From Clostridia bacterium (GTDB lineage Bacteria > Bacillota > Clostridia > Christensenellales > UBA1242), in the NCBI GenBank assembly GCA_017481235.1, contig JAFUPL010000006.1, positions 2,591 to 66,590 on the forward strand: DNA of 64,000 bases, read 5' to 3'. The translations under genes were made by a program, and so were the position numbers. A model generated the notes under the pieces. The model ran no database searches, was not told the DNA's origin, and saw nothing but the letters and a program-made list of their open reading frames with translations. Below, piece after piece: positions 38,105 to 47,259 of this stretch. Position 1 is the stretch's first letter, and the number at the start of each line of letters is the position of its first letter.

Positions 38105-38503
38105 ATGGAAAAGATATTAACATTTATTATAAAGGATAAAAAGTTGTTACTACTATTAGGTAGTGACCAAGACCCGCAATATCACAAATCATTTTGGTAT
38201 GTTGTTACCGGTGGGTGTGAAAAGGAAGATAGTTCGCTAGAAGATACAGTTAAACGTGAAGTGTTGGAAGAAACGGGTTTAACTTTAACCAAGATTGTGG
38301 ATTTGGACTGGACTTTTGAATATGAGTCGCTAGGCAAACATTGTGTTGAACACGCATTTATATCTTTTGTGGACAATTATGAGATTAAACTAAATGAAGA
38401 AAGTATTGATTATAAGTGGTGCGACCTTGATGAGTTTATAAAGCTTATAGAGTGGTATGGCGACAAGCAAGAATTAAAAGAAAGGTTGATAAAATTTATA
38501 TAA
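38105..38503 (+). CDS. NUDIX hydrolase
   Basis: Nudix box GGCEKEDSSLEDTVKREVLEETG. Start moved to ATG 38105. Confidence 0.8.
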   Translation: MEKILTFIIKDKKLLLLLGSDQDPQYHKSFWYVVTGGCEKEDSSLEDTVKREVLEETGLTLTKIVDLDWTFEYESLGKHCVEHAFISFVDNYEIKLNEESIDYKWCDLDEFIKLIEWYGDKQELKERLIKFI

Positions 38504-38508
38504 ACAGT

Positions 38509-39024
38509 ATGAAAATAATTAATGATTTACAGTTTTTTAAAAGGGATACAATTACACTTGCTAAAAGTTTGATTGGTAAGTGGATTGTTACCAATATTAA
38601 TGGCGTGAAAGTTAAGGTTCAAATTTGTGAAACCGAGGCGTATTTAGGTGTTAACGATAGTGCGTGCCATACCTATAAGGGTAAGCGTACCGAACGTGTT
38701 GAACCTATGTGGCAAGTTGGCGGAACGATATATATTTATTTGTGCTACGGGTTACATTATTTGCTTAATATTGTAAGTTGTGATGAGGACGTGCCTGAAG
38801 CAGTGTTAATACGTGGTGTGGTTGGAGCAAATGGTCCTGCAAAAGCAACTAAACTATTAAATATTGATAAGTCGTTAAATGGGAAAAGCATAGTAGACAA
38901 TCCTAAAATTTGTATTATGGACGACGGAAATAAGTATAAACACACAACTGCCACACGTGTTGGTATTGATTACGCTTTGCCAAAAGATAAAAATGCAAGA
39001 TTAAGATTTATCTTAAAACAATAA
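38509..39024 (+). CDS. DNA-3-methyladenine glycosylase (Mpg/AAG family)
   Basis: ICETEAYLG...DSACH...GTIYIYLCYGLHYLLNIV. Confidence 0.85.
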   Translation: MKIINDLQFFKRDTITLAKSLIGKWIVTNINGVKVKVQICETEAYLGVNDSACHTYKGKRTERVEPMWQVGGTIYIYLCYGLHYLLNIVSCDEDVPEAVLIRGVVGANGPAKATKLLNIDKSLNGKSIVDNPKICIMDDGNKYKHTTATRVGIDYALPKDKNARLRFILKQ

Positions 39025-39045
39025 CACATATTAAAGGAGAAAGTT

Positions 39046-39294
39046 ATGTCAAAAGAAATTAAAATTGGTAGAATTTATAGACATTTTAAAGGCGACTACT
39101 ATTTAGTTGAAGATATTGTGCTAGATTCGGAAACCAAAGGCAAAATGGTACTTTATCGCGCATTGTATGGTGATGGCACAAGATATGTTCGACCTTATGA
39201 TATGTTCGCAAGTCGTGTGGATAGGGTTAAATATCCTAATGTTAAGCAAGAAGATAGATTTGAGTTGCAAGAAATTGAAAGTTTAAACAAGTAA
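39046..39294 (+). CDS. DUF1653 domain protein
   Basis: YRHFKGDYYLV...YRALYGD pattern. Confidence 0.65.
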   Translation: MSKEIKIGRIYRHFKGDYYLVEDIVLDSETKGKMVLYRALYGDGTRYVRPYDMFASRVDRVKYPNVKQEDRFELQEIESLNK

Positions 39295-39303
39295 GGATAA
39301 ATT

Positions 39304-39747
39304 ATGAGAATAGTAATTCAAAGAGTGCATAAGTCAAGATTGGAAGTAGATAACCAAGTTGTAAGCGAAATTGGTTTTGGTTATAACGTATTTGTAGGCG
39401 TAACTAGGGACGACACAATGGATAACGTAAAACGTACTGCTAGACGTATTGCAACCGTACGACTTTTTAAAGATGAAGATGATAAGTTGACATATAATAT
39501 ATCACAAGTTGGTGGTGAAATTTTGTTGGTATCTAATTTTACATTATGTGATAAAAAGGGGAGTGGCGGAGCCCGTCCGGACTTTACATTAAGTGCACCA
39601 AAAGATAAGGCAATAGAGTTATACCAAGCACTTCAAACCGAACTGATTAACGAATATGGTTTAAGCGTTAAAATGGGACGCTTTGCCGCACATATGGAAA
39701 TATACACAGTATTAGATGGACCTATTAATTTAGTACAAGAGTATTAA
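39304..39747 (+). CDS. dtd: D-aminoacyl-tRNA deacylase
   Basis: MRIVIQRV...SNFTL...GARP motifs. 147 aa. Confidence 0.9.
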   Translation: MRIVIQRVHKSRLEVDNQVVSEIGFGYNVFVGVTRDDTMDNVKRTARRIATVRLFKDEDDKLTYNISQVGGEILLVSNFTLCDKKGSGGARPDFTLSAPKDKAIELYQALQTELINEYGLSVKMGRFAAHMEIYTVLDGPINLVQEY

Positions 39748-39793
39748 TTTACCAAAAACTATATTTAAGATATAATTATGTAGGGAGAAAGTT

Positions 39794-40942
39794 ATGTATA
39801 AGATGTATTCAAAATTAGTTGAAAAAACCACTCAAGAAATGATTGATAAAAGTAGCAATGTAGACGATTTTATATATAACTATTATAATCATATTTTAGA
39901 ATATAAAACTAGTCAAACTGTTGGATTTGAAGGCGATGCAAATATTCCTTATGTATTTGTAAAATGTTTGAAAGATATTAATATAGAACTTGCTAATATT
40001 CTTGAAAAAAAGTTAAATATTTGGTTTGAAGGTAAAGCATTTTTAGCGGGTGATACTGAAGCGTTTAGTCAGTTGAATTTTGGTTATGGAAAAGAACATT
40101 TGCGTAATACTTTAGAGATGATTAATAATTATCAAAATTCTTTGGGAGATGGTAAAGAGAGTGTGGTAAGTGATAAATTACTAGCAATAGTTCTTATAAT
40201 TGAGGATTTATTAAGGACTGATAAACATTCAAAAGAAAAAATGGAATTATTATCACAACAATTACAAAAAGTTGATTTGGATTTACAATATTTTTGTGAT
40301 AATGTAGAACAAATATTAAAACAAAATTTTGTACAAGAATTAAATCAATCAATTCAAGAAACTAAAAAAGAAATAGAAAGCCAACCCACTAGAATAAAGC
40401 GGTTTAATGGACAAGATTTTAATTTGTTAATACATACAGCATTTAATCCTAAAAGGTTTTTAGAACGCAGAACTGAAGATGGATTTTCAACAAGTTTAAT
40501 AGATAATGAAAATATATGTTGTTATGGTGGTGCTGGTGGTACTAGATTTGCTTTTTATGATGGAATTGAGGAAGATAAATTATTGTTGGCAAGTGCTAGA
40601 GATGCTTCTACTGATTATGATTACGATAATGAAACAATAGATTCATTTTCAATCCCTGACTATATAGCGCTAGATAAATTCAAAAATAAAACTAAAAATG
40701 AAGAGAACTTTCCAATATCGGAAATAAGTTTGGGTAAAGGAAATAATTTAAAACCCAATGCTATTGTGTGTTATGATGTAATTTGCGAAGATGAATATAA
40801 GATGGCGAAACAACATGGATTAGATATAATATTAATTGAAACAAAATATTACGATAATATGAAAAGACAAGAAGATACGCGAGATTTTAGTACAATTAAG
40901 ACAATAAAAGTACCAGAAATTGAAGAACGAGTGATATTATAA
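39794..40942 (+). CDS. Hypothetical protein
   Basis: 382-aa ORF with a GGGAG SD. No motif recognised. Confidence 0.55.
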   Translation: MYKMYSKLVEKTTQEMIDKSSNVDDFIYNYYNHILEYKTSQTVGFEGDANIPYVFVKCLKDINIELANILEKKLNIWFEGKAFLAGDTEAFSQLNFGYGKEHLRNTLEMINNYQNSLGDGKESVVSDKLLAIVLIIEDLLRTDKHSKEKMELLSQQLQKVDLDLQYFCDNVEQILKQNFVQELNQSIQETKKEIESQPTRIKRFNGQDFNLLIHTAFNPKRFLERRTEDGFSTSLIDNENICCYGGAGGTRFAFYDGIEEDKLLLASARDASTDYDYDNETIDSFSIPDYIALDKFKNKTKNEENFPISEISLGKGNNLKPNAIVCYDVICEDEYKMAKQHGLDIILIETKYYDNMKRQEDTRDFSTIKTIKVPEIEERVIL

Positions 40943-40992
40943 ATATTGAAAAATAAATCTATTTATGATATAATAATTTTAAGGAGATGGTT

Positions 40993-41700
40993 ATGCAACT
41001 GATTTTAAATGGTGGCGGAAGTGATGAGCAAGTAAAAGAAAGTTATGAATTATTTGCACGCCTTGTAAAAGGTGGTAAAATATTATATATTCCACTTGCA
41101 TGGGAGCATGATAATATGTCTAGTTGTATTGACTGGTTTAAAGGACAAATGTTGCCATTTGGTGTAACAAATATTGAACAAATCCTTAATCCAAACGATA
41201 TAACCAAAGAAAAACTCAAAAGTGTAAGCGGTATATTTATAGGTGGCGGAAACACTTATCAATTATTAAAACTTTTGAAAGAAAGTTGTGCCTTTGATAA
41301 CTTAAAAGAATATATTGAAAATGGCGGATTGATTATGGGAGGAAGTGCTGGTGCTTTGATATTTGGTAAAAGTATTGATACTTGCCTAAAAACGAGTCTT
41401 AATATAAGTTGTACAGATGAAAATTTGGTAGGACTTAAAGATACTAAAGGATTTGATATTATTAATGGTTATAGTTTGTTGGTTCACTACAAACGAAAGG
41501 TAGAACAACTTGACAAAACCGCGTTAAACACCCAGAGATTAATAAATAAAGGGCATAAATTAATATGCTTGCCAGAAGAAACAAGTTTGTATATCAAAGA
41601 TAATGAATTTACAATTATTGGACAAAACCCTGCGGAAATAATAACTAAAAACAAAACACAAATTATTGAACCAAATAATATTTGTGATTTAACAAAATAA
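40993..41700 (+). CDS. Peptidase S51 (dipeptidase E-like)
   Basis: IFIGGGNTYQLL...GGSAGA motifs. The second ATG, 6 nt after AAGGAG, was chosen. Confidence 0.75.
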   Translation: MQLILNGGGSDEQVKESYELFARLVKGGKILYIPLAWEHDNMSSCIDWFKGQMLPFGVTNIEQILNPNDITKEKLKSVSGIFIGGGNTYQLLKLLKESCAFDNLKEYIENGGLIMGGSAGALIFGKSIDTCLKTSLNISCTDENLVGLKDTKGFDIINGYSLLVHYKRKVEQLDKTALNTQRLINKGHKLICLPEETSLYIKDNEFTIIGQNPAEIITKNKTQIIEPNNICDLTK

Positions 41701-41711
41701 GGAGAAAAATT

Positions 41712-43718
41712 ATGGAAAATAAAGAAAAATTTTATATTACAACTGCTATTGCCTATACTTCGGGCAAACCTCATATTGGAAATACATATGAGATTATTTT
41801 GTCGGATGCTATTGCAAGGGCAAAGCGAATGCAAGGGTATGATGTTTTCTTTATGACTGGAACAGATGAACACGGCGAAAAAATTGAAATGAAGGCTAAG
41901 GAAAAGGGCGTTACGCCTAAGGCATTTGTTGACAATATTGCGGGAGATATAAGGGCGCTTTGGGACTTTATGAATATTTCATATGATAAATTTATTCGTA
42001 CAACTGATACTGACCATGAAAAATGCGTTCAAAAGATATTTAAAAAGTTCTATGACCAAGGCGATATTTATAAAGGTCATTATGAAGGGTTGTACTGTAC
42101 TCCTTGTGAGAGTTTTTGGACTGAAAGTCAGTTAGTTGATGGCAAGTGCCCAGATTGTGGTCGTGAAGTAAAACCTAGCAAGGAAGAAGCATATTTCTTT
42201 AAAATGAGCAATTATGCAAACAGGCTTTTAAAGCATATTATTACTAATCCAGAATTTATGACTCCAACAACTAGAAAAAATGAGATGTTAAACAACTTTA
42301 TTCTTGCTGATGAATTTGTGGGCAAGAGTGATGAAGAATTGCTTGAGGCTATTGAAAATGGAACAATTAAGACCAAACTTCAAGACTTATGTGTAAGTCG
42401 TAGTACATTTACATGGGGTATTCCGGTTGAGTTTGACAACAAGCACGTTGTATACGTTTGGTTAGACGCATTAAATAACTATATCACAGGAATTGGTTAT
42501 GATACTGAAAATCCAAGCGAGCAATACAAAAAGTTATGGCCAGCAGATGTGCACGTTGTTGGTAAGGATATTGTGCGTTTCCATACTATTTATTGGCCTA
42601 TTTTCCTAATGGCTTTGGGAGAAGAGTTGCCTAAACAAGTGCTTGGTCACCCTTGGTTACTTCAAGGTGGCGAAAAGATGAGCAAATCTAAAGGTAATGT
42701 GCTTTACTTTGACGATTTGGCATCAATTTTTGGCGTGGATAGTGTGCGCTATTATGTGTTACGTGAAATGCCGTTTGTGTCAGATGGAACAATCACATGG
42801 GAATTATTGACTGAAAAGAACAATGCCGATTTAAGCAATGTGATGGGCAATCTTGTTAGACGTACCCTTGCTATGAGCAACCAATATTTTGATGGTAAGG
42901 TTAAAAATTATAATGTTGCTGACACAATGGATGAAGACCTTAAAGAGATTGTTGTAAGTGCTAAAAATAAAGTGTTTGACAAGATTAATGAATATAAGAT
43001 TGCTGATGCGCTTGAAGAGTTGTGGCTCGTTTTCAGACGTGCAAATAAGTATATTGACGAAACTGAACCATGGAATTTAAACAAGGATGAAAGTAAGCGT
43101 GAACGTCTTTCAACCGTGCTATTTAATTTGTTGGAAACAATTAATATTGGTGCAAATTTACTTGCTCCATTTATGCCAGAAACTGCAAGCAAAATCTTTA
43201 GCGAATTAGGTGTAACCGCTCGTGGGTTTGCTGATATTGACAACTTTGGAAAAACTGGAGAATTTAATGTTACAAGTAATCCTCAAATATTATTTAACCG
43301 CATTAAATTTGATGATATTAAGCCTACAATTGATGAAATTGTAGCACGCCAAAAGGCTGAAAATGCTCCTGTTATTGAGTTTAAGGAAGCCGAACCTATT
43401 ACTATTGACGATTTTGCCAAAGTTCAAATGAAAATAGGCGTTGTGCTAGAATGTGAAGCGGTGCCAAAATCTAAACTACTTCACTCAACTGTAAGGGTGG
43501 GTACTAAAACACTTTCAATACTAAGTGGTATTGCAAAATCATACACACCAGAGCAAATGATTGGCAAAAAGGTTGTAGTTGTAACTAATCTTCCACCACG
43601 TGAAATGAAAGGTTATTTAAGCGAAGGTATGATTGTGTGTGCCGAAGATGAAATTGGCAACATTTCACTACTTAGTCCTGAAAAAGACATTATCGCTGAC
43701 GGAAGCGAATGCTGTTAA
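41712..43718 (+). CDS. metG: Methionyl-tRNA synthetase with C-terminal tRNA-binding domain
   Basis: HIGN (HIGH), KMSKS, and zinc-knuckle CTPC...CPDCG. Confidence 0.95.
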   Translation: MENKEKFYITTAIAYTSGKPHIGNTYEIILSDAIARAKRMQGYDVFFMTGTDEHGEKIEMKAKEKGVTPKAFVDNIAGDIRALWDFMNISYDKFIRTTDTDHEKCVQKIFKKFYDQGDIYKGHYEGLYCTPCESFWTESQLVDGKCPDCGREVKPSKEEAYFFKMSNYANRLLKHIITNPEFMTPTTRKNEMLNNFILADEFVGKSDEELLEAIENGTIKTKLQDLCVSRSTFTWGIPVEFDNKHVVYVWLDALNNYITGIGYDTENPSEQYKKLWPADVHVVGKDIVRFHTIYWPIFLMALGEELPKQVLGHPWLLQGGEKMSKSKGNVLYFDDLASIFGVDSVRYYVLREMPFVSDGTITWELLTEKNNADLSNVMGNLVRRTLAMSNQYFDGKVKNYNVADTMDEDLKEIVVSAKNKVFDKINEYKIADALEELWLVFRRANKYIDETEPWNLNKDESKRERLSTVLFNLLETINIGANLLAPFMPETASKIFSELGVTARGFADIDNFGKTGEFNVTSNPQILFNRIKFDDIKPTIDEIVARQKAENAPVIEFKEAEPITIDDFAKVQMKIGVVLECEAVPKSKLLHSTVRVGTKTLSILSGIAKSYTPEQMIGKKVVVVTNLPPREMKGYLSEGMIVCAEDEIGNISLLSPEKDIIADGSECC

Positions 43719-43730
43719 CTAAAAAATGAT

Positions 43731-43761
43731 TTATCCACAAGTTGTAAAAGATTTGTGGATA
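43731..43761 (+). terminator. Hairpin H1 built on a DnaA-box 9-mer
   Basis: TTATCCACAA-12 nt-TTGTGGATA, immediately after metG. Confidence 0.7.
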
Positions 43762-43781
43762 TTTGCAATAAGGAGAAAAAT

Positions 43782-44297
43782 ATGTTAACTTATAAAAAAT
43801 TAGATAGAAAAGATGTAAGTGAAGAGTTATTTAAGCAAATTATGGTGGTGGAAAATTCTACTGGCTCGGGTTATGATGAAGATATTATGCGTGAGATTTG
43901 GATTACTGGAGATAAGAACGATAATTTTGTGTGTATGGACGAAGATAAGGTTATTGCACATATTTCATATAATCCTAAAAGTAAAAGACGTAATGGCAGT
44001 ATATTTATGGTAAATCTTACAGTATTGCCTGAATATTGCAAGCGTGGAATTGCTCAAAATTTAATTTATACTGCAACTAATTATTATATTGATAATGGTT
44101 ATACACTGTTAACATCAGTTAGTGTAGATAAAGTTAATATCCCAGCAGTAAACTTGTATCAAAAAGTTGGTTTTGAAATCAAAGACCCTATTTGCGAAGC
44201 AGATGAAGATGATGAGCAATATATTATGGATAGCACTTTACAAAATATTAAACTTACATTAGATGAAATATTTAAAGAAAATATTAAAATTAAATAA
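43782..44297 (+). CDS. GNAT-family acetyltransferase
   Basis: Start at MLTYKKL after an AAGGAG SD. CKRGIAQNL (motif A) and LYQKVGFE. Confidence 0.8.
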   Translation: MLTYKKLDRKDVSEELFKQIMVVENSTGSGYDEDIMREIWITGDKNDNFVCMDEDKVIAHISYNPKSKRRNGSIFMVNLTVLPEYCKRGIAQNLIYTATNYYIDNGYTLLTSVSVDKVNIPAVNLYQKVGFEIKDPICEADEDDEQYIMDSTLQNIKLTLDEIFKENIKIK

Positions 44298-44301
44298 TAA
44301 T

Positions 44302-44340
44302 TTATCCACAAGTTGTAATCAATTTGTGGATTTTTTATTT
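44302..44340 (+). terminator. Hairpin H2 built on a DnaA-box 9-mer
   Basis: TTATCCACAA-12 nt-TTGTGGAT followed by a T-run. Nearly identical to H1. Confidence 0.75.
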
Positions 44341-44393
44341 TGATATTTACAAAACTTACATCGTATGATATAATAAATATATAGGAGAGATTT

Positions 44394-44642
44394 ATGAAAA
44401 CGGAACAATGGTTTGAAAATTTTTTTGTAACATACAATAATGGAAAAGTTGTTAAGGTAGATGCCTGTCCTGGCGCATGTATTGGTCATTGTGCTAGGGA
44501 TGTTATTAAATTTTTAAAGAGGAATAATATAGATAGTGAATTTATTTTAAGATTTAATGATAAAAAGTTGAAAATAAGTCGCTTTTCAAAAGTGGAAGAT
44601 ATTTTAAAAGAATATTCAGGAACGAAGGAACTAGGTTTATAA
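44394..44642 (+). CDS. Hypothetical protein
   Basis: 82-aa ORF with a GGAGAG SD. Confidence 0.5.
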   Translation: MKTEQWFENFFVTYNNGKVVKVDACPGACIGHCARDVIKFLKRNNIDSEFILRFNDKKLKISRFSKVEDILKEYSGTKELGL

Positions 44643-44654
44643 AAGGATAAATTT

Positions 44655-45065
44655 ATGAAATATAGAAATTCGTTTGAAGGTAAAGCACAATTAAGACGAC
44701 AAGAATTTAATCGTAGTCAAATTAAAAGTCGATTTAATGGCAAAAAATCGTTAAGTAAGCGTATTATTGCTGAACGTGTTGGCGGTATAACTAAGAATAA
44801 TATTGATAATGAAGTTGAACGTCTTGGCTGTATGGTTAAGAGTGATGAAATATTGGCACAAATTATGTACCATATTAGGTTTGCTAAAGATACAAGACCA
44901 TCGACCTTTAATGATGATGTTATTATGGGTATTTTAGATAGAATTAAGGACTTGCAAGTTAAATTTGTATCGGGTTTAATAACTGCAAAAGAACATGTTG
45001 AAATCCTTGAAGAGATTGACGCACAGATAGTAGAATTTATTGACTATCGAACACAAGTCCTATAA
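44655..45065 (+). CDS. Hypothetical protein
   Basis: 136-aa ORF with an AAGGA SD. Confidence 0.5.
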   Translation: MKYRNSFEGKAQLRRQEFNRSQIKSRFNGKKSLSKRIIAERVGGITKNNIDNEVERLGCMVKSDEILAQIMYHIRFAKDTRPSTFNDDVIMGILDRIKDLQVKFVSGLITAKEHVEILEEIDAQIVEFIDYRTQVL

Positions 45066-45084
45066 TTTAAAAAGTTAATTATAG

Positions 45085-45122
45085 TTATCCACAAAGTAGA
45101 GATATTTTGTGGATTTTTTTTG
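45085..45122 (+). terminator. Hairpin H3 built on a DnaA-box 9-mer
   Basis: TTATCCACAAA-9 nt-TTTGTGGAT followed by a T-run. Confidence 0.75.
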
Positions 45123-45291
45123 TTGATAATTTGAAAACTTTTTGGCGCAAAATACTTTATTTATATTAATAAATATGCTATAATATATTATATACTATAG
45201 GTAAATTGTTTTAAGTTTTAATTAATTAGGGAATAATATACTAAAAGATTAAACTTATATGGGTTTATCTTGATATTTTTAGGAGTAAATT

Positions 45292-47247
45292 ATGGCAGAA
45301 GAATTAAGTAAAGTTACTAGTTATGATGAGAGTAATATTCAAGTATTGGAAGGGCTTGAACCAGTTCGTAAACGTCCTGGTATGTACATTGGTTCTACTG
45401 ATGAACGTGGACTTCATCACTTGGTAACCGAAATTGTGGACAATAGTATTGACGAGGCATTGGCGGGATATTGTACTGAGATTAGTGTTACAATCCTTAA
45501 AGACGGTTCGGTACAAGTAATTGACAATGGTCGTGGTATCCCTACAGGTATTCACCCTAAGGAAGGCGTTAGTGCAGCGGAACTAGTGCTAACCAAGTTG
45601 CACGCTGGTGGTAAGTTTGGTGGTGGCGGATACAAGATATCTGGCGGATTGCACGGCGTTGGTTTGTCAGTTGTTAACGCATTGTCTAGCACACTACTAC
45701 TTGATATCTTCCAAAAGGGCGAACATTATCATCAAGAATATCATCGCGGTAGACCTACAGGACGACTTGAAGTGGTTGGCAAGATTGAAAAAACTGGTAC
45801 AAGCGTAACATTTATGCCAGATGACCAAATATTTGATACAACCATATTCAATTACGACACACTTAAAGTTCGTCTTCGTGAACTTGCGTTCCTAAACAAA
45901 GGTTTAAAAATACGTATTGAAGATGAACGTGAAGGTCAAGAACAGGTTGATAATTATGTATTTGAGGGCGGTATCAATGAATTTGTTCAAGAACTAACTT
46001 CTACTAAGGAACGTGTGTTTGATGCACCTATTTATGTAGACAAGATTTATTCATACAAGCGTAAAAATGAAAACGGTGAAATGGTGCCAGCACAATGCGA
46101 AATTGAGGCAAGTTTCCAATACATTGATAGTTATAGTGAAAATATTCATACTTATGCTAACAATATTCGTACCGAAGAAGGCGGTAAGCACTTTGAAGGA
46201 TTTAAGGCTGCGGTTGCAAAGGTTGTTAACGATTATGCTATTGCCAACAAGCTAGTTAAGGATACTCAAAAGTTAAGTGGTGAAGATACTCGTGAAGGTC
46301 TTGTTGCGGTTGTAAGTGTTAAAGTTGAAGAACCTCAATTTGAAGGACAAACCAAAACCAAACTAGGTAATGATGAAATTAGAACATATACTACAAAGGC
46401 AGTAAGTGAAGCACTTGAAATATATTTGGAAGAACACCCACGTCAAGCAAAAGAATTAATTAATAAATGCTTGTTAAGTCAAAAGGCTAGGGAGGCAGCA
46501 CGTAATGCTAGGGAAGCAACTCGTCGTAAATCAGTGCTTGAAAATACAGCACTACCTGGCAAACTTGCAGATTGTAGCGAAAAAGACCCAAGCGTGTGTG
46601 AAATATTCATAGTCGAAGGTGACTCTGCGGGCGGAAGTGCTAAGCAAGGTCGTGACCGTCGTTTCCAAGCAATTTTGCCACTAAGGGGTAAAATCCTAAA
46701 TGTAGAAAAGGTACGTGAAGCAAAGGCGCTTGAAAATGCCGAAATCCAAGCAATGATTACAGCATTTGGTTGTGGCATTGGACAAACTTGTGATTTGAGT
46801 AAATTAAGATACGACAAAATCGTATGTATGACCGATGCGGACGTTGACGGAGCACATATTAGAATATTGCTATTAACATTCTTCTTTAGATTTATGCGTC
46901 CACTAGTTGAGCAAGGTCATATTTATATAGCGCAACCACCACTATACAAAGTGCAACGTGGCAAAAAGGCAACATATTGTTATAGTGATGATGAATTAAA
47001 TAGAGATTTGGAACTTAATGGTCATAAGGGCGCTGAAGTGCAAAGATATAAAGGTCTTGGTGAAATGGACCCAGACCAACTTTGGGAAACTACTATGGAC
47101 CCACAAACACGTACACTTCTTCAAGTTAAAATTGATGACGCCATTGAAGCAAATGAAATATTTGATATGCTAATGGGTGAACGTCCAGAACTAAGACGTG
47201 ATTTCATCAATGAAAATGCTGATAAAGTGAAAAATCTTGATATATAG
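45292..47247 (+). CDS. gyrB: DNA gyrase subunit B
   Basis: 651 aa with GLHHLV, EGDSAGG and PLRGKILNVE motifs. Confidence 0.97.
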   Translation: MAEELSKVTSYDESNIQVLEGLEPVRKRPGMYIGSTDERGLHHLVTEIVDNSIDEALAGYCTEISVTILKDGSVQVIDNGRGIPTGIHPKEGVSAAELVLTKLHAGGKFGGGGYKISGGLHGVGLSVVNALSSTLLLDIFQKGEHYHQEYHRGRPTGRLEVVGKIEKTGTSVTFMPDDQIFDTTIFNYDTLKVRLRELAFLNKGLKIRIEDEREGQEQVDNYVFEGGINEFVQELTSTKERVFDAPIYVDKIYSYKRKNENGEMVPAQCEIEASFQYIDSYSENIHTYANNIRTEEGGKHFEGFKAAVAKVVNDYAIANKLVKDTQKLSGEDTREGLVAVVSVKVEEPQFEGQTKTKLGNDEIRTYTTKAVSEALEIYLEEHPRQAKELINKCLLSQKAREAARNAREATRRKSVLENTALPGKLADCSEKDPSVCEIFIVEGDSAGGSAKQGRDRRFQAILPLRGKILNVEKVREAKALENAEIQAMITAFGCGIGQTCDLSKLRYDKIVCMTDADVDGAHIRILLLTFFFRFMRPLVEQGHIYIAQPPLYKVQRGKKATYCYSDDELNRDLELNGHKGAEVQRYKGLGEMDPDQLWETTMDPQTRTLLQVKIDDAIEANEIFDMLMGERPELRRDFINENADKVKNLDI

Positions 47248-47259
47248 GAAAGATAAGTT

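Noticed and set aside
44394-45065. The adjacent same-frame ORFs 44394..44642 and 44655..45065 as another stop-interrupted gene.
   Set aside because: The second ORF has its own AAGGA SD and ATG right after the stop. Sharing a frame has a one-in-three chance, and no shared domain spans the junction.
43729-45291. The chromosomal origin (oriC), suggested by the DnaA-box cluster next to gyrB.
   Set aside because: There is no dnaA or dnaN nearby. The boxes are embedded in terminator hairpins rather than arrayed next to an AT-rich unwinding element. I cannot assess coding-strand or GC skew by eye.
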